Assembly (NCBI GenBank): GCA_964187785.1 | Contig: OZ076409.1 | Location: forward strand, 7,814,001 to 7,878,000 | DNA from: Amphiscolops sp. MND2022 | Taxonomy: Eukaryota | Length of the DNA stretch: 64,000 bases | Direction: 5' to 3' | Shown: positions 47,517 to 58,850 of the stretch, in pieces | How the letters are laid out: each line of letters begins with the position of its first letter | Position numbering within the stretch: the first letter of the stretch is position 1 | The notes under the pieces: model-generated | Databases searched by the model: none | What the model saw: only the letters and a program-made list of their open reading frames with translations | What the model was told of the DNA's origin: nothing | Made by a program: the position numbers and the translations under genes

Positions 47517-49186
47517 GTAACCAGGTTTTTATTTCACCATTGTGTAGCACACAAATTGAAGCTATTCAACTCTTTTCTTCCCTTTTTCAAATTTTCATAT
47601 TTTCAACCAATCAGAAAAGGTTTAATGATTATTTTTTGCCGCGATGTGTAACTTGCAAAATTTTGACGCTTTCGGAATCCGCCATTTCCTTCAAGCAAAC
47701 ACGGCATAAACACGTCGAAACATTTTCGCGCAGAACGTTTCAAGAGAAAAATAGGTACATAAATCGGAGTGATTGTATCTGAAAAACAAGATCAAAAAAA
47801 GAAATGTTTTGGACACACTGGAAAAGTTTGAGGTTTTTCAATAATTTAAAAAACTTCTTGTCTTCAATATTGACGACAAGTATCGCCGCGACATGGAAAC
47901 CGGTTGAATAATCAGAGCCGGTAAAGGAGTCGGATTATGCCTTTTTCCTTCTGACTCGTTTGAATCCCAGTCATACGAATTTATTGAAAGCGCTCATATT
48001 AAGCCCTTATATGGTGTAGAAATATTCTGGTGTAAAAGTGTTTTCAAATCACAAAGTGTTTCGTTCGAATCGTATGAACAGTTTTCGAGAAAATCGAAAA
48101 AGTCCAAAAATGACTGTTTTTTGGGTCAACTTTTGGCTAATTTTGGCTATGTTTCTCAGATCCTAGTCATACGATTTTGATGCCATTGCACATATAGGAC
48201 TCTAATATGGTGTAGAATGATTGTGCAAAATTTTATGGAAATCGTATGGACACTTTCTGAGAAATTTGAAGTTTTCATTGAAATGTTGAGAAAAAAAAAC
48301 AGAAAAAAAAGGTCGAGAATGATACTGTTCTGGCAGTAAGTTTTTTATGATGTCTCTTGTCGCAAGGTTTTTTACCGTGAGTTTTTCAAAAAGAAATACT
48401 TGAATTGAAATTAATTTAAATTGCCTCACTTGAAATCAGTAGTTGGTTACTCTCATGGGGTTAAAATCGTGAATGAATGGACGGGTGTGTCTTCTGTTCA
48501 AAGCACGTGATTTGAATACCATTGACTAAGTAATTCACTTTCTTGTCAAATAAGACTCAAGCAAAAAGTGTGAACGAAATTTCAACCTAAATTGTTCCAG
48601 AATCAAGAATCAATTTAGTTTGATTTCTCACGCAATTATTTTCATCAGAGTTTTGTCGAAAAATCGCAACAGTAGGAAAATGTCGACATTTTAACGCTGT
48701 GTATTTGGTCTCGAATTAAAAGCGTGGTCAAGTCAAGTTTAATTTCTCTTGTTGTGAATTATACACCAAAAAAGTTCCATATCTCTGCTCATTGACTATA
48801 TTTACCTTGTTCTTTTCCCCTCCCACAAACACTTTTTTCAGAACAAAAAATAAACATAAGGGATTTTTCTAACATTCTATAGTAACATTCTATTTTGCTG
48901 TATTTTGATGGGTGTCCGGACATTACGCCCAAAGACATTACGCACAAGGACATTACGCCCAAAGCGGACATTACGCCCAAATGTAAATTACGCACAAAGA
49001 AATTACGATAATGTAATCAGCTATGCTCACATACCCCTAGTGCCCTAAATGCAGGAGCGAAGCGGAGCGACGTGCCAATATGGCCATGCCTCAATGTTGC
49101 TACTTGGCGAAGGGAGCGAAGCGACCGAGCCATACAACAAACATGCTAACCTCTTCAAATAATAACCTGAAAAAAAATCGCTGCTA

Positions 49187-50862
49187 CCCTAGGTTACAAA
49201 AATCACAACTCTTGCAAAATTCTTACAAGAATTCTTGTAAGATCTTGTAAGAAAATGCATTTTTAGAATTCAACTCTTGCAAAAATCTTGCAAGAATGGA
49301 ATTTTTCTGCTCAGAATGTTACAAAAAATGCATAAATCTGACAAATTTCTTACAAAAATTGCATTTCGTGCGTCAAAAAACTTCGAACGGCAGCAGAAAA
49401 AAAAACGATCGAAAAATGTTACAAACGCCCATTATAAAGCTAAACTAATCTACAGGAAAAACTCTCCCTTCTCAGAAAGGAAGGAATTCCTTAATTTGAA
49501 AGAATTTTAGGATATTTTAGATCTTTTCACCTCAAATTCCCTAGTCTCAAGCTCTGAAATCACGATCTAAAACAGCTGGGAAAACTTCAATTACATAACC
49601 ACATCAAAATTAAATATATTTCATATGAAACAAGTAGCTGAATAAAAAAAATTGAGTCAGAAAAACGTCGATGTCGAAATAGTTTCCAGAAAACGCGTCA
49701 TTCAGTGATTTTAGACGTTATTCCGCAAAAAGAGTATTTTAGACGTTATTCCCAAAATGAAGTGATTTTAGACATTACCCAACAAAAATAGTAATTTTAG
49801 GGGCCATTCTAACAAAACACGGTTATTTTAGACGTTAATCCAGTAAAATACAGCGTTTTTAGGTCTTATTCTACCAAAATTCAGTGATTTTAGACGTTAT
49901 TCCGCAAAAAGAGTGATTTTAGACGTTATTCCCAAAATGAAGTGATTTTAGACATTACCCAACAAAAATAGTAATTTTAGGGGCCATTCTAACAAAACAC
50001 GGTTATTTTAGACGTTAATCCAGTAAAATACAGCGTTTTTAGGTCTTATTCTACCAAAATTCAGTGATTTTAGACGTTATTCGGCAAAAAGAGTGATTTT
50101 AGACGTTATTCCCAAAATGAAGTGATTTTAGACATTACCCAACAAAAATAGTAATTTTAGGGGCCATTCTAACAAAACACGGTTATTTTAGACGTTATTC
50201 CAGTAAAAAACAGCGTTTTTAGGTCTTATTCTACCAAAATTCAGTGATTTTAGACGTTATTCCGCAAAAAGAGTGATTTTAGACGTTATTCCCAAAATGA
50301 AGTGATTTTAGACATTACCCAACAAAAACAGTAATTTTAGAGGTCACTCCACCAAAATACGGTTATTTTAGACGTTATTCCAGTAAAATACAGTGTTCAT
50401 TCAAAAATACATTCAAATCTGGACCATTTTCATCTAAAATTTTTTCTAATCCAACCCAAAATCCATAAATTACAACCCTACCTACAAGCGGCTTCAGGAA
50501 ACGCGGTGCCGAAAAGCGTCCTTAATGCTACCCGGGTCATTAAGGTAACCCTGTTTGAGATGACTTTTAAAACCAGACCTTTAAAACAGGTTATTCAAAA
50601 AAGACACAGAATTGAACGAATGTTACCGTCTTGAACGAATTTTTAGTCGAAATTACACATTGCAACTTTTGTAAGAATTTTTGAAGCAAAAATGCAATTT
50701 TTGCAAAAATATTATCAGAATCTTGTAAGAAATGTTCGACATTGTAACAACTTTGCAAAATTTGCGATTCTTGTACAAACTTGTAAGATTCTTGTAAGAA
50801 ATGCAAAGTTGGCAAGAATTTCGGAAGAATTTTGCAAGATTTGTGATTCCTGTAACCTAGGG
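49187..50862. mobile_element. Nested TA-flanked MITE
   Basis: TA|CCCTAGGTTACA...TGTAACCTAGGG|TA with long imperfect TIRs. Confidence 0.8.
49701..50395 (+). repeat. Minisatellite: about 180-bp unit made of six about 30-bp subunits, about 3.9 copies
   Basis: Units start near 49701, 49880, 50060 and 50240; each subunit contains TTTTAG. Confidence 0.9.
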
Positions 50863-52791
50863 TATTCTCTTTGAATAGCCTAATTTCCTTGGGCGTAATT
50901 TCCGTTTGGGCGTAATTTCCTTGGGCGTAATGTCCTTGGGCGTAATGTCTTTGGGCGTAATGTCCTAGAACCATTTTGATGACTACACATAATCACATAA
51001 ATGTTACTAATTTATGCTAATTTTGAAATTATTCAAAATATTTTTTTCGCATGCGCAATCGGTGGATAAGGAATAAGTTTCGCCCCACGCTGTAAAAATT
51101 ATCATTTTTAAAAATCTAATGAATTATATTAAAATCAGTTAAAAACAATTCCTTAAATTCTATTCCAATTTTGTTTTGATGACGTTACCTAAATTCATAC
51201 AATCAACTACCGATTTTTCACATACTTTTAACGTGTGGGGTAAAAGTTCCATATTTGAGTCAAAAATGAAGGAAAATCGTGTAGAAAAAATGGAAGATTC
51301 CAAAAATTTTCTACCGGTCACATTTGAAAGTTTGTGATTATTCAGGATAACTGAAAGAAATTTCACAACTACCAGGAAAAAATTTTCGACAAAAGATATT
51401 TTAATAATCTGTCTATAAAAACAAGAGAAAAATTCATACCATATTGATCGGTCGAATGATAAGCTTACCTTAGTTTCCCGTTTCAGTCGTTAAATATAAA
51501 GTTTAAAAAGCAGCAAAAATTTTTCAGTGGTAATGTAGATAATGCAAGACATGAATGACGTAATTGAACTCTATGACGCAATATGGAGAGAAGCTATTAC
51601 GCAACTACGGGTGGTTTCAGTTTCCCAGATGAAAGTGGCGGATGCGTTATGCGGATGTGTTATGTAATAAATCAGTTAAGTTAGTAATCACTAACCTGCA
51701 AGTAAAATCTGATTATAACATCATCCTCTTCACTTGAATTATTATACCACGTGACCTTTTCGGTCAGAATGCGATAAGGAAAGAGAGAGAGAAAAAAGAT
51801 ATTAAACATGAGAAGATACGACATTTATCTGGGCTCTGCTGTGTCAATTCAAATTTATTCCACCATTTTTTATCTGCATGTGGTTTTTATTCCATCGTCT
51901 AATTCCGTCCGTTATAAATTCATAACTAATATATCAACAACAAAAATCATAACACCATTACGTCAGTTGAAAAACCAACCACGTAAAAACTAATTGTGGA
52001 AATTTTGTGGAAAAGCTCGTAGTTTTGACGGCTGATTGCTCGGAATTCAACGCGTGAAGATCATGTAAATTACGTGTTTATAAAATTTATGCGCAGAATA
52101 TTTGTAAAAAAAATTATATACATGCGTACAGAATATATGCGACGCATACATACGTTTGCTAGTTCGTGCCACTAAAAAATACCGGCTCCGCCGAAGCAAG
52201 GAAATTAATGCGTCATACGCTAGCATGGCCGCTAAATGCAGCGGTGTTAGAGCAAATATCACGGTTTTTGCTCTATTCAAACGGACGTTTTTGAAACGAT
52301 GAAAACAAACGCACAAACGAAAAATGCGTGAACAAATTGAACAAAGTGAACAAATTAAGCAAGCTTCTTGGTCAATTTTCTGCTTTGATGAAAATTTATA
52401 ATTTTTTCGTCGTTTTTGTGTGCTCACGATGGCGATGAATTACCTTCGAAAATTTCGTCGTTTCTGGAACTATTTTGGAAGTTCAGAATGGTAATGAATA
52501 TTAACTTTTGTCAATGAAAAAATCTTCAAAAACCAACTGTAAAAATTTTTTACAAAGTTCTTTATGTATTAATAGAGACATTGGATATTGACAGCTCGAA
52601 CTTTTAATACCAACCACAAGAAAAACTTATTTGGTTTAACAATGAATTCAAACTTCTTAATGTGGCTATTATAACAGAATTCGTTGATCTAGTTTTTTAC
52701 AGCATGATAGCCCTAGTTGAGACTGCTTGAACTTTTTACATGCTGCAGGCCTGCATGCAGGGTATTTTTTTAATATAAAACCTAGAAAATT

Positions 52792-53506
52792 TGTAACGAT
52801 AAGCGCTGGCGCTTGAACCGCAACGTAGAGTGGAGGAACTAGAACAGCGAATATAATCCGGGACTTAGATCTCCGCGGCCCTAGCTCATTTTCCCTCCGA
52901 AGGAGCCAGTCCCAAGGTGGGGGAACCGTCTTGTTGGAAACTCTCTGGCCTGGTCCTAGTCTGTAACTGCTAAAAGTAACGGGCATCTTGCATGTCTCAA
53001 GACCACTGCTCAATTAGCCTTTAAAAAGGGGGCTGAAAACAGGAGGATGTTGAGCCATAGTATTGGAGAATCTGATAAAATCGACATCAAAAAGGGGTAA
53101 CTACAGATGTAAATGGGCAGCTCTCGAGCATATCAATCTACTACAACAAGGAAAGCACAACAAGCATAACAGTATCAGAAGTTTGAGTTATTTAACAGGA
53201 GCGAATCGACCATGGCTTCCCAGCGCTAGCGCTCGTCACCGCACCGGACACCGCAGGATCTTCAGGCGAGCATCTGGAACATCGGTTTCTGTTACCTACG
53301 TAGTGTAAACGCCAAAGATGGGCACATCACCGTGTTCTAGGGACTGATTTCTACGTCTTCTCCTCTCGTCGTCTCTCGCGGGGGGCGATTTCTGATTTCT
53401 GATCTGCTTTTCTGACAGGTCTTTCGTCTGGAGCATGTTTGAGTGCCACGTCAGATTTGAACGAATTTTTGCTTCGAAAATTTTGACATGGGCAGTTGCC
53501 GTTACA
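52792..53506 (-). repeat. 3' LTR of element 3 (715 bp)
   Basis: TGTAACG...CGTTACA terminal inverted repeat; GGGGAGTGA directly precedes it on the minus strand. The partner LTR is not in the window. Confidence 0.75.
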
Positions 53507-54275
53507 TCACTCCCCGGGCTTCTGGCTTGTCGTCCCTGGCAAGCGGCATCTGGCCTCGTCTGGAAACGGCATCGCACTGACTGCTGGGAACCATCATCCA
53601 CACCACAGGGGACAAGGACGAGTCCTCGTTTTTCAGCAACTATTTTTGGCAAATTTCGCGGTTTTTTTTTAAGGAAAATTTTACTGCCTAGTATTTTTTA
53701 CAAAAATGCAAACGAGGTTTTAGCACCAGCTCGAGAGCTAAGGTTTTCAGTCGGTTAAAACTCGTTTGGGCAAGCAGTTTTCGCTAAAAATTCTTTTGCG
53801 ACCAAGGTCAGCTAAAATCTCCTTTTTTATGCAACTTGACATTTACAGTTTTCGGCCAATTTCGGACAACGTAAAACTTCTTTTGGGAGGGCGCCGCTTC
53901 GGCTACTCCTTAGACAGTCGATAGAAGATGCTTGAACACCAAAACACAAGGAAAAACGGCAAAAACCGTAACTAAAAGGCTAAGACTTTTTCTTGACGAT
54001 GGCAACTCAAAAACACCGCGAACAGTGCGCAACAGAAATAAAAGTTTTTCTTTGGTAATTCTTTTTTACTTTTGTAGGCGAAGCAGCTGGGGCAGGCGCA
54101 CTCTATTGGCCGTACACTCAGCGCATTACTAACAGTACAGTAACTAGGTAATAACTATGAACAAAAAATTGCACCATGTACGGGTAGCACCGGTTAAAGC
54201 AATAAGTTTGAAGGCACAGTTTCGGCAGAGTTTAGAGTCTATAGGGAGCGCGAACGCTCCCATTGGCGGCAGGGT

Positions 54276-56240
54276 TTATTGGGCTGAGCTGCGTCGAGCT
54301 CGATTCTTCATGGCATCATCGGGAGTTCCTGGACTGCTGGCATCTTCCGAAGCAACTGACGCTCTACGTTGAGCAGGAACCACAGTAACTACTGTTTCCG
54401 AGTCTGATAGGTCTTCTGGGAGCGTTAAATCGGCGATCGGCTGCACCAGGATGGTGTTGGGGGTCAGTTCAGCGGCGTGTTCTCCGGTTTGGGGTTGCGA
54501 TGACTGAGGACTGACCTGTGTCGATGGTGGACTCACAGGCTCTGGCTGCAGAATATGAGTAGGCAAATCCAGAGTCACGGGCCGGTCGATGGGCTGACTT
54601 AGTGACATGGCCATTGTGGGTGCCAGCATGGCAGGCGCGAACGCCTGTTGTCTCTCGAGTTCAGCTCTACTCTCCACGGCCAAGGATATTCGTTTGGAGA
54701 CCCAGCTAGGCTGACTCCAGAGCTCGCAAGCTCGCTTCCATTTTGGGAAGCTGGCAATCTCCAGCTCCAAGCAATGTCCTTCCCACTCTGCGCGGGCTTC
54801 GGAGCCTAGCACGGAATTGATCTCATCGTGTTGGACGATGGACATATCCCCTGACATCGTCATCTTGGCCTGCGGTCGCCAGGCAGCTCTTCTAGGGAAC
54901 GGAGTCACGCGGCTTTGCAGGTTCCTCTGACGAGTCTGAGCTGCTCCTTCAATCCAGTTTGGGATCTGAGCCAATTCCATATACTGGATTTGTCGATTGA
55001 AGGCTTCAGGGGCGCGACCAACGGGTTTTGCTCTGGGCCATCCCAGTGGCTCCTTCCAGTAGTGATTTGGGAAGGTGATGCATTTGAAGGCGTACAGGGG
55101 ATCTATTGGTGGACCAGCACTAGTGCTGGCACGGATCACCTTGCGTATAAACTCCTGCGACCAAGGGAATCTAAAGGGGACTCCATTCAGGCTGAGAGGC
55201 GCGGAGTACCAGTTGACTGGGCCGTATTCTCGTGGCAAAGGGCACGCCTTTCGTGTGCGGGCACGCAATAGACCCATCAAGTTCTCTTCCAGCTGTTTCT
55301 CCGACTTCAAGGTGGTGTACCCATGCGGCATCTCGCCACTCAATACAACCTGCACAACGCGCTGATAGGTCAGTGGGGGGCGTCCTTGGAGATAGGTGCA
55401 GAAGGAGACCATGTGCACCTGCACTGCTCTCGCCAGTGGTTTGGTGGGATACCGGCACACACCGACCGCACCGAAGATTGGGGCCAGGACGGAAGCCATA
55501 ACGGCCACGAAGTCCTCCACTTCGGCCAGAGTCAAATCGACGATTTGCTGGGGCATAGGGAATCCCGCCGTTTCCGCAGGGAGTTGACGCTCGGAATGGT
55601 GGAGGGGTTGCGATTGATCCACGCCTACGAACAAGCCAGAGGCGAACACTAGGGTGGAATACAACCAAAGTTGGAGGGACGCACGCATGCGTTCCAGTTG
55701 GGTGACATAATCTTGCTGGTCCTTGGAATTTAGGAGGTGACCCCATCGAGTTAGGCTGCGTAGCTGTCCCTGCGCGAGGATCAGGTAGCTGTAAAAGGTG
55801 ACTAGATCACTGGATACTACCAGCTCGACTAACATAGCCAGGGGACCTGCCACAAACTTTGTCGGGCCCATGGTTAGCGCGAGCGCTAACATCTCTCCTA
55901 CAGTAGTTTCGCCGATGGTTTCCAACAATTTGTCAGTCTGCACATTGGTGAGCAAGTACTCAGAGGCTATTACGTCAATGTTCCAGCCTAGTCCGAGACT
56001 GGTACAAAAGGCTTCCAAGGGACAGTTAAGCTCCTGAGCTACCTCGGCCAAGGTCCTGTCCACGAATCTGGACTGATACCATTCGGCATACATTATTCCG
56101 GCGGCATCTACTTCAGTCTTCAAGTTGGTCGCCTCCACAGCCACGACGTACCTCATGCCCACGGGCAATTTGACAGGCTCTATTCCGCGGCAAACCGAAT
56201 TTGGGGAATGGTCCTTTCGACCGTGCGTGTGGCAGGCCAT
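54276..56240 (-). CDS. Accessory ORF (654 aa), unknown function; may be the C-terminal half of the upstream ORF
   Basis: Long open frame overlapping 56180..58555 by 61 nt in the -1 frame. Confidence 0.75.
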   Translation of the reverse strand: MACHTHGRKDHSPNSVCRGIEPVKLPVGMRYVVAVEATNLKTEVDAAGIMYAEWYQSRFVDRTLAEVAQELNCPLEAFCTSLGLGWNIDVIASEYLLTNVQTDKLLETIGETTVGEMLALALTMGPTKFVAGPLAMLVELVVSSDLVTFYSYLILAQGQLRSLTRWGHLLNSKDQQDYVTQLERMRASLQLWLYSTLVFASGLFVGVDQSQPLHHSERQLPAETAGFPMPQQIVDLTLAEVEDFVAVMASVLAPIFGAVGVCRYPTKPLARAVQVHMVSFCTYLQGRPPLTYQRVVQVVLSGEMPHGYTTLKSEKQLEENLMGLLRARTRKACPLPREYGPVNWYSAPLSLNGVPFRFPWSQEFIRKVIRASTSAGPPIDPLYAFKCITFPNHYWKEPLGWPRAKPVGRAPEAFNRQIQYMELAQIPNWIEGAAQTRQRNLQSRVTPFPRRAAWRPQAKMTMSGDMSIVQHDEINSVLGSEARAEWEGHCLELEIASFPKWKRACELWSQPSWVSKRISLAVESRAELERQQAFAPAMLAPTMAMSLSQPIDRPVTLDLPTHILQPEPVSPPSTQVSPQSSQPQTGEHAAELTPNTILVQPIADLTLPEDLSDSETVVTVVPAQRRASVASEDASSPGTPDDAMKNRARRSSAQ

Positions 56241-58555
56241 GTTTCAATTTCCTTCACGAGCTCTGCCAGCTCTGCTCGTACGGGAATTTCTTTGTCTTTC
56301 CGCACCAACCAGTTGTATCGTCGAACGGCCTCTCGCTCACTCATGTTAGATGCTCGCATGACGCGATTCCCGTCCAAGTCGATGGCCATTCGCCCCATAC
56401 ACATTCCATGATCGAACAGTATGGCGTCGTCGATAGTCAGTTGTGCATTTCCCGATCGTTCCACAGCGATTAGCACTCTTGATACAGCAGCAAAGAAGGC
56501 AGGGTATGACAATGCATCGGGGCGTAGGTCTCCGCGATCAACCCGAAGATTTGGCGCACATATAGCAAACTCGATTCGGCGCGCCTTGCATACCTCAGAC
56601 AAGATGTACACAAACTGCTGCAAGCTTCGTTGCCAATACATGAATCCCGGCGGGGATGTGAAGAGCGCGAGCGCTCCCAGACGACCCCGAAGGATCCCTG
56701 CTGCACGCTCCATTGCGTCCGCAACCGCGTTTACTAAGGTCGCCACATTCCCAGGTCTACGGGTATCTGCCATGAGGGCATCCAGGTTGTGTAGCAGTCC
56801 TTCACAAGCCATGTGGTCGATCAAGTTGGTGAAGACTACACGTCGCGGGGGCGGCTCTCTTAGGGACCCTCTCAGGTTTGGGTCGTACATAACCGCGACC
56901 ATCTCTGCGACCTCGGCGAAGCAGGAGAGTGGCATTGTTAACACCAGCACATCGGGCAGAAGGTTATCGATGGGCAGATCACTCTTGAATGTCGAATCTA
57001 CCGCTACACAATAGCGCGCACGCTGCAGAGCTGCTTTCAAGAGGGGCTTCATTGACCTGATATTGCGAGCGTAGCGGGCGTTTGCTTCCCAGGTTTCTCC
57101 TTCGCGCAATATGTACCTGGCGGGAAATTGCTCGGTGAGGTCGTGCTGCAGGCGAGCCATGTAGTTGTTGGGTGTGGCGGGCAGTTGCTTTCGAGCACGC
57201 TGTTCCCAAGCTTGCTCACTTAGGTCCGCATCACGGGCACGTAGCGATCGAGTTATTTGAGCCGCAATGGTGATTCTGCTCACCTCTCTTTGCTCGGCGT
57301 CCGACGGCGGTGCTCTCCTTCTAATCGCACAGGTGTTCGGGTGCAAACACTCTGCTGCCATCCAGATGCGTTTGCTATCGCTAGTTACCACGGAGCCGGA
57401 TACATCATCTGACGGGGGAAGAAAGGCGGGAGGACTGGTCTCTTCGACTGTCTCGGGCACCTCCAGGGACATGTTGGCAGAGCCTGTGCCCAAGGGCACA
57501 GGATTCGTTTCAGGATTCGCATCTACACTGCCGTAGCGGTTAATGGCCTCTTCTAGGGACATTTGAGGCGCGCCTACGCCCAGGTGGCCGACGCGATATG
57601 GAGGCCTCACGACCACTACACTCTTCATTTGCGATTGCTGGGGTACATCTGCTCGCTTGTCCGGAGGGGGACGACTGGTCGGACTGTCGGTCACGGAATC
57701 ATGACGTGTAGCGACAATGTTTTCCTCGGTAAGTCGCTTCCGTCCAGTTTCCTCACGGGGATAGGTTATGGCGCCGGTACTTGGTCCAGCCGTGGTTTCT
57801 GCTTCCATAGACACAGCTTCGGCTAGGGTGGTGGGAGGGGTGACACAGCCCGAGGGCTGAGCTGCGGCTTGCAAGTAGTGTGCCAATCCGGGAATCCTTT
57901 GCTCAACTGCACGAACAAAGTCAGAGGAGTTGGGGTAGTTGGCGACCGCCTGCAGGGCCACAATCACCGCTTGCTCGCTGGCACTCCGTCCGATAAGATT
58001 TAGATTAGGCACCGATGGCAGTTGGGACCCCGAGGGCTCCCGACTTGAGGCTGGTTGATTGGTAATGTTTTGCGTCGTCGTTGCCTGGGTTCCATATGGT
58101 GCCCCATAAGCGATCGAGCCAGAATACGGCGTCATCTGCACTGGATTTGGTGCCGAGATGGAAGGCAGCGATGGGACGTTGACGGGCATCATACGCAGTG
58201 ATGCTTCTTGTTCGAATCTGGTGCCCTGGCTGGGGCCATGCACTGCGATCGATCTTTCGTCCAAGAACTGGTGAGTCAGGTCGTGCCCATCCCAGGCATT
58301 GTTGGTGCACGTCAAGGTGCGACGATAGCCTGCTACCTCCGTAGTGATTGACAAGGATGCATTTGGCAGCATTTGCATCGATTCAAGCTGGGTCAGTAAG
58401 GCAGCCACCCCAGCTACGGCTACTGGCGAAAGACCGTCCCGCAGCCTCTCTTCGACATATAGGGCCTGATTGACCCTCTGCGCACGCGCAGATTCCTGGG
58501 GCCTTGCATTATTAGACCCTGTTGCAGGCGCTGAATTGTTTGGGCAATGGGCCAT
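56180..58555 (-). CDS. Accessory ORF (791 aa) with a C-terminal SGNH/GDSL-like domain
   Basis: ATG start; low-complexity N-terminal half; VAVDS, VLTMP, VVFTNLID and DLRPDALSY fall at SGNH block I/II/III/V-like spacing. Confidence 0.75.
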   Translation of the reverse strand: MAHCPNNSAPATGSNNARPQESARAQRVNQALYVEERLRDGLSPVAVAGVAALLTQLESMQMLPNASLSITTEVAGYRRTLTCTNNAWDGHDLTHQFLDERSIAVHGPSQGTRFEQEASLRMMPVNVPSLPSISAPNPVQMTPYSGSIAYGAPYGTQATTTQNITNQPASSREPSGSQLPSVPNLNLIGRSASEQAVIVALQAVANYPNSSDFVRAVEQRIPGLAHYLQAAAQPSGCVTPPTTLAEAVSMEAETTAGPSTGAITYPREETGRKRLTEENIVATRHDSVTDSPTSRPPPDKRADVPQQSQMKSVVVVRPPYRVGHLGVGAPQMSLEEAINRYGSVDANPETNPVPLGTGSANMSLEVPETVEETSPPAFLPPSDDVSGSVVTSDSKRIWMAAECLHPNTCAIRRRAPPSDAEQREVSRITIAAQITRSLRARDADLSEQAWEQRARKQLPATPNNYMARLQHDLTEQFPARYILREGETWEANARYARNIRSMKPLLKAALQRARYCVAVDSTFKSDLPIDNLLPDVLVLTMPLSCFAEVAEMVAVMYDPNLRGSLREPPPRRVVFTNLIDHMACEGLLHNLDALMADTRRPGNVATLVNAVADAMERAAGILRGRLGALALFTSPPGFMYWQRSLQQFVYILSEVCKARRIEFAICAPNLRVDRGDLRPDALSYPAFFAAVSRVLIAVERSGNAQLTIDDAILFDHGMCMGRMAIDLDGNRVMRASNMSEREAVRRYNWLVRKDKEIPVRAELAELVKEIETWPATRTVERTIPQIRFAAE

Positions 58556-58850
58556 TAATGCATAGGTCTAAAAAGGACCACTGTTAGACTTACAGGGGCA
58601 AGTTCTCTCTGGAGCGAGCCGTGGGCCGGTTCGTCCTTCAATTGCAGCAATGCAACATCGGCTCCGTAAGGGGGCCTCTACAAACTTAAAATTTAACTCT
58701 AACTAACTAACGAACTAGAACAAAACCTTTGAGTAAACAACATGACAAATTAACATCTCGAGAGCATTTCAAGATTCTTCCAAGGTTGTTACAAGAATTG
58801 TTACAAAGACTGAGGGCAAAGGAAAAATGGGGACAACTAAAATGATAAGG

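Larger units (their letters stand above)
48911..50972. mobile_element. Mutator/Foldback-like non-autonomous element with tandemly repeated TIRs
   Basis: 9-bp TSD ATTTTGATG (48902-48910 and 50973-50981); TIRs built of ATTACGCCCAA repeats. Confidence 0.8.

Noticed and set aside
50591..50974. ORF with HYAQG repeats
   Set aside because: It is a translation of the tandem TIR repeats of the Mutator-like element.
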